Below are positions 55,775-64,000 of a DNA stretch of 64,000 nucleotides, piece after piece (within the stretch, counting starts at the first letter, position 1; each line of letters begins with the position of its first letter). This stretch comes from Alphaproteobacteria bacterium (GTDB taxonomy: Bacteria > Pseudomonadota > Alphaproteobacteria > SP197). Under the pieces are notes generated by a model, which searched no databases, was not told the origin of the DNA, and saw only the letters and a program-made list of their open reading frames with translations. The stretch lies in assembly GCA_964291415.2 (NCBI GenBank), contig OZ219920.1, positions 608,001 to 672,000 of the forward strand, read 5' to 3'. A program made the position numbers and the translations under genes.

Positions 55775-57967
55775 ATGGCAACGCCGCTCACCGATCCTCG
55801 CCAGAACGCCGCTCTTGCGCGCGGCGAACATGACAACCCCTTCGCTTACCTTGGACCGCACCGCCTGGGGAAGAGGACCTGGGTGCTGCGCGTCTTCCGG
55901 CCCGGTGTGAATGCGGTGACCATGCTGCCCGCGCACAAACGCCGCAAGCCGGTATCGCTGCAAGCCGACACGGACGGGCTCTTCGCCGCCAGGTTGAGGG
56001 CTGAGCCGGGCGCCTATCGGCTGAGCGTATCGAATGCGGCTGACACCTGGGAGGAGGAAGACCCCTTTCGTTTCGGGCCGGTTCTGGGCGAGATGGACAG
56101 GTACTTCCTGAGCGAGGGCACGCACCTCGATCTCTGGCGGGTGCTGGGCGCCCATCCTCTGGTCAGGGAGGGGATCGCCGGTACGCATTTCGCGGTGTGG
56201 GCGCCCAACGCACGGCGGGTGTCGGTCGTCGGCGATTTCAACCACTGGGACGGGCGGCGGCACCCCATGGGACGGTGTGGATCGACCGGCGTGTGGGAGG
56301 TCTTTCTGCCTGGAGTTCCGGCAGGCGCCCGCTACAAGTACGAAATCAGGGCTTCCGACGGTGCCGTGCTGCCTCTCAAGGCCGATCCGGTCGGCTTCGG
56401 AGCCGAGCACCCGCCCGCCACGGCATCCGTCGTGCGCGGTCTCGGCGCCAGGCAGTGGAAGGACGGTGAATGGCTCGACAGGCGCGGCACGATGAGCCGG
56501 CCCGATCGGCCCATTGCGATCTATGAAGCCCACCTCGGCTCCTGGAAACGCGCCGATAACGGCGCCCGCCCGCTCAGCTACCACGAGCTTGCAGAGGACC
56601 TGGTGCCCTACGTGCGCAACATGGGATTCACGCACATCGAGATCACGCCCGTGTCCGAGCATCCCTTTGACGGCTCATGGGGCTATCAGCCCGTCGGTCT
56701 CTTCGCACCGACCAGCCGCCACGGCACCCTTGACGAGTTCCGTGACTTCGTCGAAGCCTGCCACACGGCGGGTCTCGGCCTCATCCTGGACTGGGTGCCC
56801 GGCCATTTTCCTTCCGACGAGCACGGACTTGGACGCTTCGACGGTACGGCGCTCTACGAATACGCCGACCCGCGAGAGGGGACCCATCGGGACTGGGGTA
56901 CGTTGATCTACAACTACGCCAGGCACGAGGTCCGGAACTACCTGATCGCCAATGCCCTCTATTGGTTGAAGGAGCACCACGTTGACGGCCTGAGAGTGGA
57001 TGCCGTCTCGTCCATGCTCTATCGCGACTACTCGCGTCCCGAAGGCGAGTGGGTGCCGAACGTTGAAGGCGGACGCGAGAACCTGGAAGCGATTGCCTTC
57101 CTGAAGCGCATGAACGAGGTGGTGTACGGCCATTGCGGGGGCGTCGCCACCTTTGCTGAGGAGTCGACTTCCTATCCGGGAATCTCCCGGCCCACCGGCG
57201 TCGGAGGGCTGGGCTTCGGCTTCAAGTGGAACATGGGCTGGATGAACGACACCCTGGACTACATGCGGCGCGACCCGATTCACCGAAAGCACCATCATCA
57301 CCAGATGACATTCGGGATCAGTTACGCCTTCTCGGAGAACTTCGTACTGCCCCTGAGTCACGACGAAGTGGTGCACGGCAAGGGCTCGATCCTTGCCAGG
57401 ATGCCGGGTGATGAGGCCCAGCGCTTCGCCAATCTGCGGGCGTACTTCGCCTTCATGTGGTGTCATCCCGGCAAGAAGCTCCTCTTCATGGGTCAGGACT
57501 TCGCCCAGCCCGGTGAGTGGAACCATGCCACCAGCCTCGACTGGCACCTGCTCGAGGAGCCGCTCCACGGTGGCGTACAAAAGCTCGTCTCGGACCTGAA
57601 CCACCTGTACCGGACGACGCCGGCGCTCCATGAGCTCGACTGCGACGAGCGCGGATTCGAATGGATCGAAGCCGACGCGGCCGAGGAATCCCTCTTCGCC
57701 TGGATACGTCGCGGTCGTGGCGAGACCGCACCGGTCGTGGTGGTCTGCAACTTCACGCCGATGGAGCGCGCACCTTATCGCCTCGGCGTGCCGATTGCGG
57801 GGATCTGGACCGAGCGCCTCAACTCCGATGCGGCGGAGTACGGTGGCAGCGGACGCGGCAACCTCGGATGGGTTCGCAGCGAACCCGTCAAATGCCACCA
57901 CCGTCCTCACTCGATCGAGATTGTCGTGCCGCCGCTTTCGACGCTGATCTTCGAGCTGAAGCGCTGA
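55775..57967 (+). CDS. glgB: 1,4-alpha-glucan branching enzyme
   Basis: WAPNA, SWGYQP, GLRVDAV, AEES, and LSHDEVVHGK. Confidence 0.97.
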   Translation: MATPLTDPRQNAALARGEHDNPFAYLGPHRLGKRTWVLRVFRPGVNAVTMLPAHKRRKPVSLQADTDGLFAARLRAEPGAYRLSVSNAADTWEEEDPFRFGPVLGEMDRYFLSEGTHLDLWRVLGAHPLVREGIAGTHFAVWAPNARRVSVVGDFNHWDGRRHPMGRCGSTGVWEVFLPGVPAGARYKYEIRASDGAVLPLKADPVGFGAEHPPATASVVRGLGARQWKDGEWLDRRGTMSRPDRPIAIYEAHLGSWKRADNGARPLSYHELAEDLVPYVRNMGFTHIEITPVSEHPFDGSWGYQPVGLFAPTSRHGTLDEFRDFVEACHTAGLGLILDWVPGHFPSDEHGLGRFDGTALYEYADPREGTHRDWGTLIYNYARHEVRNYLIANALYWLKEHHVDGLRVDAVSSMLYRDYSRPEGEWVPNVEGGRENLEAIAFLKRMNEVVYGHCGGVATFAEESTSYPGISRPTGVGGLGFGFKWNMGWMNDTLDYMRRDPIHRKHHHHQMTFGISYAFSENFVLPLSHDEVVHGKGSILARMPGDEAQRFANLRAYFAFMWCHPGKKLLFMGQDFAQPGEWNHATSLDWHLLEEPLHGGVQKLVSDLNHLYRTTPALHELDCDERGFEWIEADAAEESLFAWIRRGRGETAPVVVVCNFTPMERAPYRLGVPIAGIWTERLNSDAAEYGGSGRGNLGWVRSEPVKCHHRPHSIEIVVPPLSTLIFELKR

Positions 57968-58331
57968 ACGAGACTCTCTTTCTCGCCCACCTTGTCATGC
58001 AATTCGGGTCTGGGATTCGCGGGCACGACGTGCGCGTCCGCCCTTGTCGATGAGCCCCGTCTCGGCATATCGCGACGGCCTCGATCCAGGCTTTCCGGCC
58101 GCAGCCTGCCCCGGACCCCATCCGAAAAACTCCACGACGGGGTTGTCGTTGGTGGCAGGTGCGCCGTCACCGTTGTCGATCCCCATGCCTGCCGCTCGTT
58201 GTGCCCCCGGGAGCAGGTTTTCCCTCCGAATTGGCACTGTGAAACCGCCGGACATGGGTATTCCTGTATGGAATCGAGCTCTTGTACGTCACAAACACCT
58301 CCAGGAGCCGCCTGCGTCGACTGGGGGGCGA

Positions 58332-58613
58332 TCACGAGTGCCGATCATGCCGGTTGATACCGCCGCACGTCGAACACGCCTGCATCCGTAACAGCAGGTC
58401 CATGCTGAGGCCGAACGCCTTCTCGACCCTGAGCGCCATCTCGGGCGACAACGAGGCGTTGCCGTTCACCAGGTCGGAGAGCGTCGCGCGGCGCACGCCG
58501 AGAATCCGCGCCGCCGCCGCAACGCTCAGCCCCAATTCCTCAAGGGCTTCGATCCGGATGAAGGTTCCGGGATGTGGGGGAGTCATCCCCATCTTGATGC
58601 CGCCCTCGCTCAT
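58332..58613 (-). CDS. higA: HigA family antitoxin (C-terminus possibly aberrant)
   Basis: PPHPGTFI...LSVAAAARILGVRRATLSDLVNGNASLSPEMALRVEKAFG. Confidence 0.82.
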   Translation of the reverse strand: MSEGGIKMGMTPPHPGTFIRIEALEELGLSVAAAARILGVRRATLSDLVNGNASLSPEMALRVEKAFGLSMDLLLRMQACSTCGGINRHDRHS

Positions 58614-58685
58614 CAGTGGTGGTCCTCCAGGTTTACGCGCTCGGTCCCGCCGTCCCGCTCCTTGAAGGTGATCCGCCAGTTGTCT
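58613..58685 (-). pseudogene. higB: C-terminal remnant of HigB toxin
   Basis: NWRITFKE...VNLEDHH* matches the HigB C-terminal pattern and abuts the higA start. The rest of the gene is gone. Confidence 0.75.
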
Positions 58686-58689
58686 GCCA

Positions 58690-58812
58690 AGGCGGTTTGG
58701 CAGCGGGTATTCGAGCCACTTGTCCGGTTCGACGAGGCACGAAGCCCCAACCAGGGTGGCACAGGACTGGGCCTCGCTGTAGCGCGGACTATCGTCTGCG
58801 GTCACGGCGGAA
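58690..58812 (+). pseudogene. Histidine kinase HATPase C-terminal remnant
   Basis: RVFEPLVRFDEARS...GGTGLGLAVARTIVCGHGG (F and G2 boxes only). Confidence 0.7.
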
Positions 58813-58932
58813 CGCATCGGGCGGTCATCGATCGAGTGCTGGTGCCGGATTGCTGTGAAGCCGACTCAACCGACTGTCTCTCGCCCCCTTGACGCGCTCT
58901 CACCAGGATCATCAACCCGCTGCAGAGCGCGA

Positions 58933-59676
58933 TCAAACCGACTGGAACTCCTTGCGGGCGAGGACCTGGATGCCCGGCTTGAGCACCAGGCGGCGGCGGA
59001 CGACGCAGAGCCGGTGGTTGGCCAGCAGCAGAGTGAGATTCGACGGATTGAAGTAGAGGCAATGATTGGGCGGCGTGAAGGCGTCCCACGCCGTGATATC
59101 CCGCGGGCGGCGCCAGTGGCTTATGTCCGGCGTCGTCAGGAAAAGCACGCCACCGGGAGCCATCAGTGCCACGATTGAAGAGAGAAACTGGTTGGCATCG
59201 GGGGCATGCTCGATAACCTCGGAGCAATAAACCACGTCGAAGAGACCGGCGTCAGGAGAGTACGTCTCCGCAGTTGCCTTCACGAAGCAGACGTCTGGAT
59301 AGTGCTCCCGTGCCCAGATGATGGAAATGGGATCCGGGTCAATGCCGCAACTCATGAAACCCCGTTCATGCATCGCCTGAGCCATGAAGCCGCCGTTGCA
59401 GCCCACGTCGAGAAAGCGCCGTCCTGTAGCCCACCGCGAAAGCCAGCGAGCTCTGCGACGACAACGGCGCAGCTTGGACGCGGCCTTCGGAAAGTACACC
59501 TTGGTCGTACCCCCGTAGCCTTCGGCATAGAGGGCTTGCAAGGTAGCGTCGTCGGGCATTGGATTCATGAAGACCAGACCGCAGTCGGGGCAACGGAAGA
59601 GCGTCAGGCCATCGTGGTTCAAATGCGGCTGGCCCGTGCTGCCGCACACCTGACAGGTCGCTCCCTTCTCGCTCAT
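58933..59676 (-). CDS. Class I SAM-dependent methyltransferase with N-terminal Zn ribbon
   Basis: CQVC...CPDCGLVF, FLDVGCNGG, SEVIEH, and PPNH. Confidence 0.87.
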   Translation of the reverse strand: MSEKGATCQVCGSTGQPHLNHDGLTLFRCPDCGLVFMNPMPDDATLQALYAEGYGGTTKVYFPKAASKLRRCRRRARWLSRWATGRRFLDVGCNGGFMAQAMHERGFMSCGIDPDPISIIWAREHYPDVCFVKATAETYSPDAGLFDVVYCSEVIEHAPDANQFLSSIVALMAPGGVLFLTTPDISHWRRPRDITAWDAFTPPNHCLYFNPSNLTLLLANHRLCVVRRRLVLKPGIQVLARKEFQSV

Positions 59677-60104
59677 CTCACGTCGCATCCGTCTTTTCCC
59701 AGGCAAGCTTGGCGGCCTCGACGTACGGATTGAGGCGGTGCGTTTCACAAGATCTCGGTGCTTCAATCGACACGCCGCCGATCTCTTGGCTACGAAGAAT
59801 GCCCATGTCCGTCACTGCAACGCTCCTCCCAGGCCCCTTACCATGGTCCAGAGGCAGTCGCGAAGTCAGTTTCGATTGAATTGGAGGGGACTCCAGCCTG
59901 GGCCGCACCAGCATCTCGCGGTGTTGCGCGGCGCGGAACGTCCGCAGGAATGGAGACCCGGTCGAGCGCGCGATCCGTCACGAAGCGCGACAGGTCCGTA
60001 CTTGCCGCCTCAGCTACCCGGCCGATCCGTTCTCACTCCGCCGACAGCGGCTGACCGATCACCTGATCGATGATTCGCAAGATCTTCTCGCAGTCGGTGT
60101 ACAC

Positions 60105-60268
60105 CTCCTCTTGCCGCCCCCTGCGGCCCGCGTTCAATTCCATCGAACTCACGCTCGAGGCATGGTTGCAAGAAGCCGCTCAGAGAACGGTCGTCGGCCT
60201 CGTGCGAGCGATCTGCAGGGGCCTCTCGCCGGAGAATTGCGGCAGATTGCTTCAGCTCTGCGGGAATG
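60105..60268 (+). mobile_element. IS630-family transposase C-terminal remnant
   Basis: PLRPAFNSIE...LQEAAQRTVVGLVRAI...SPENC resembles the IS630 PYSPDFNPIE...RKAAART..GL..AI motif. Degenerate. Confidence 0.55.
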
Positions 60269-60908
60269 AACGCAACATGATCGGATTGCGCTCCAATGCC
60301 GCCGCCGCCCGCGCGAGCTCCTCGATCCTGGTCCAGTCACCAGCCGCGACGGCGTCCCTTGGTGCGACCCAGCTTCCGCCAACGCAGATGACGTTCGGGA
60401 TTGCCAGATAGCTGGCAGCGTTTTCCGCGGTGACGCCGCCGGTCGGGCAGAAGCGGATCTGCGGCAAAGGGGCGGCCCAGGCAGCCAGCACCGACGGCCC
60501 GCCGCTTGGGCCGGCGGGATAGAACTTCAGCACGTCAAGGCCGCGCTCCAGCGCTCGCATCGCCTCGCCCGGGGTCGCGACGCCGGGCAGCATCGGAAGA
60601 CCCGCATCCCCGGCGGCGTCGAGCAGGCTGTCGGTGAAGCCGGGGGAGACGCCGAACCGGGCGCCGGCGGCGGTCGCAGCGTGCACGTCCTCAGGCGTCA
60701 GCAGCGTTCCGGCACCCACCATGATGTCGGGTGTCGTCTCGGCGATGGCCCTCACGGAGTCGAGGGCAGCCGGCGTGCGCAATGTCACTTCAAGCACCCT
60801 CAGTCCGCCTCGGGACAGCGCCTGCGCCAGCGGCGCGGCCCGGGCGCTGTCCTCGATGGTCAGCACCGGAATGACCGGGACGGTCGCGCAGATGTCCTCG
60901 ACGTTCAT
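60252..60908 (-). CDS. eda: KDPG/KHG aldolase
   Basis: PVIPV, LEVTLRT, VGAGT, VSPG, KFYPA, and FCPTGG. Confidence 0.95.
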   Translation of the reverse strand: MNVEDICATVPVIPVLTIEDSARAAPLAQALSRGGLRVLEVTLRTPAALDSVRAIAETTPDIMVGAGTLLTPEDVHAATAAGARFGVSPGFTDSLLDAAGDAGLPMLPGVATPGEAMRALERGLDVLKFYPAGPSGGPSVLAAWAAPLPQIRFCPTGGVTAENAASYLAIPNVICVGGSWVAPRDAVAAGDWTRIEELARAAAALERNPIMLRSFPQS

Positions 60909-62467
60909 CGGCGGAGCTCCCTGATGCGGGTCACGAGTCCTGCGGTCGACGGGTCGAGCCTGGTATCGGGATCGCTCTCGCCGCGCATGACGGGAGCCAG
61001 GCGTTGCGCAAGCGCCTTGCCGAGTTCGACACCGAACTGGTCGAAGGAATTGATGCCCCAGATGACTCCCATCGTGACCGCCTTGTGTTCGTAGAGCGCG
61101 ATCAGGCGGCCGAGCGCAAACGCGTCGAGGCGGCGGTGCACTATGGTTGTCGAGGGTCGGTCTCCCGGGAAGGTCCGGTGCGGCGCCAGGCGTTCGGTCT
61201 CGGTTGGCGTCAGCCCGGCGCGGGCCTCGTCTTCGGTGCGGCCGAAGGCCAGTGCCGCGCTCTGCGCCAGGCAATTCGCGAGCAGCAGCGCGTGGTGATC
61301 CGCATCGGCACTGCGCGGGCAGGCGGCGGCAATGAAATCGACCGGGATGACGTCGCTACCCTGGTGCAGGAGCTGGAAGAACGAGTGCTGTGCGTTGGTG
61401 CCCGGCTCACCCCAGACGACGGGGCCGGTTGCGCTGCGGGTGGGATCACCTCCACGGGTGACGCGCTTGCCGTTCGACTCCATTTCAAGCTGCTGAACAT
61501 AGGCCGGAAACCGTTCGAGTCTCTGGTCGTAGGGAACGAGCGCCACGGTCGGCCAGCCCATCGCGTTGCGCCGCCAGATGCCGGCAAGGGCAAGAAGTAC
61601 CGGCAGATTCTCGTCCAACGCCGCCTCGCGGAAGTGCCGGTCCATGGCAGCGGCCCCCGCAAGAAAGGCCTGGAACCGCCCGGCGCCGACAGCGATCGCC
61701 AGGGGGAGCCCGATCGCACTCCAGAGCGAGTAGCGCCCGCCGACCCAGTCCCAGAAACCGAAGACTCGTTTCGGGGGTATGCCAAAGGCGGCGCATGCCG
61801 CGAGATTGGTCGACACCGCCGCCATGTTCTCCGCTGCGTGATCGCCGAGCCAGGCCCGGGCGGAGCGGGCATTGGTCATGGATTCGAGCGTCGTGAAGGT
61901 CTTTGAGGCGACGATGACCATCGTCGTGGCCGGATCGAGCCCTCCGAGCGTATCGGCGAGATGGGCGCCGTCGACATTCGACACGAAGTGCACTCGGGGC
62001 CCGTCGGCATCGGGCGACAGCGCCCGCACAGCCATGGCCGGGCCAAGGTCGGAACCGCCGATTCCAATGTTGATGACGTCGGTGAAGCGGCCGTCGCGAA
62101 CGCTCTCTGCAAAGGCGAGGAAATCAGCGCGTACACGATCGACGTCATCGCCAGGAGGAGGCATCGCACCGCCGCGCAGCGCCATGTGGAGCGCCGCCCG
62201 GTTCTCGGTCTCGTTGACCGGTGCGCCCGCGAACATCGCCTCGCGCCAACTCTCGACGTCAGCCGTTCGGGCGAGCGCGAGGAGCGCATCGAGTGCCGCC
62301 GTGTCGAGCTTTTCCTTCGAGAAGTCGAGAGTGAGATCGTCGAAGGTGAAGGAGAATCGCTTGAACCGTGACGGATCGCCGGCGAAGAGCGTGCGCAGAT
62401 GAATCGGGCGCAGGCGAGCGGCCTCGCGGCGAACCCGTTCCCAGGCTGCTTCGAGCGGCGTCATCAT
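60905..62467 (-). CDS. pgi: Glucose-6-phosphate isomerase
   Basis: GIGGSDLGP, SKTFTT, DWVGGRYS, MESNGK, and DQFGVELGK. Confidence 0.97.
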   Translation of the reverse strand: MMTPLEAAWERVRREAARLRPIHLRTLFAGDPSRFKRFSFTFDDLTLDFSKEKLDTAALDALLALARTADVESWREAMFAGAPVNETENRAALHMALRGGAMPPPGDDVDRVRADFLAFAESVRDGRFTDVINIGIGGSDLGPAMAVRALSPDADGPRVHFVSNVDGAHLADTLGGLDPATTMVIVASKTFTTLESMTNARSARAWLGDHAAENMAAVSTNLAACAAFGIPPKRVFGFWDWVGGRYSLWSAIGLPLAIAVGAGRFQAFLAGAAAMDRHFREAALDENLPVLLALAGIWRRNAMGWPTVALVPYDQRLERFPAYVQQLEMESNGKRVTRGGDPTRSATGPVVWGEPGTNAQHSFFQLLHQGSDVIPVDFIAAACPRSADADHHALLLANCLAQSAALAFGRTEDEARAGLTPTETERLAPHRTFPGDRPSTTIVHRRLDAFALGRLIALYEHKAVTMGVIWGINSFDQFGVELGKALAQRLAPVMRGESDPDTRLDPSTAGLVTRIRELRR

Positions 62468-62470
62468 CCT

Positions 62471-64000
<1,530 letters not shown>

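Overview
GC-rich bacterial chromosome segment, probably alphaproteobacterial (inferred from the smoEFGK-mtlK, ROK regulator and glg gene sets). The window has two parts. (1) 1-35.5 kb is accessory and eroding. It holds a DUF433 antitoxin with an interrupted partner, decayed oxidoreductase and AAA-DUF4143 genes, two tandem autotransporters with Cache-like passengers and ~1.4 kb of near-identical C-terminal sequence, peptide/amino-acid catabolism genes, recD2, and a lower-GC glycan-modification cluster. An ~8 kb block lies between a dead partial copy and a near-complete copy of a nicAB-like molybdoenzyme operon; it carries hipBA, an intact Rpn-family nuclease followed by a tandem array of four divergent stand-alone copies of its C-terminal domain, and an IS21 inserted in that array. 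prlF-yhaV follows, with a deletion in the toxin. (2) 35.6-64 kb is intact carbon metabolism: polyol ABC uptake, mannitol dehydrogenase, fructokinase, ROK regulator, a seven-gene glycogen operon and edd-pgi-eda, with a small patch of gene remnants at 58-60.3 kb. The best candidates for new biology are the Rpn C-terminal (RpnS-like) cassette array and the Cache-domain autotransporters. All family assignments come from motif recognition by eye, not database searches.
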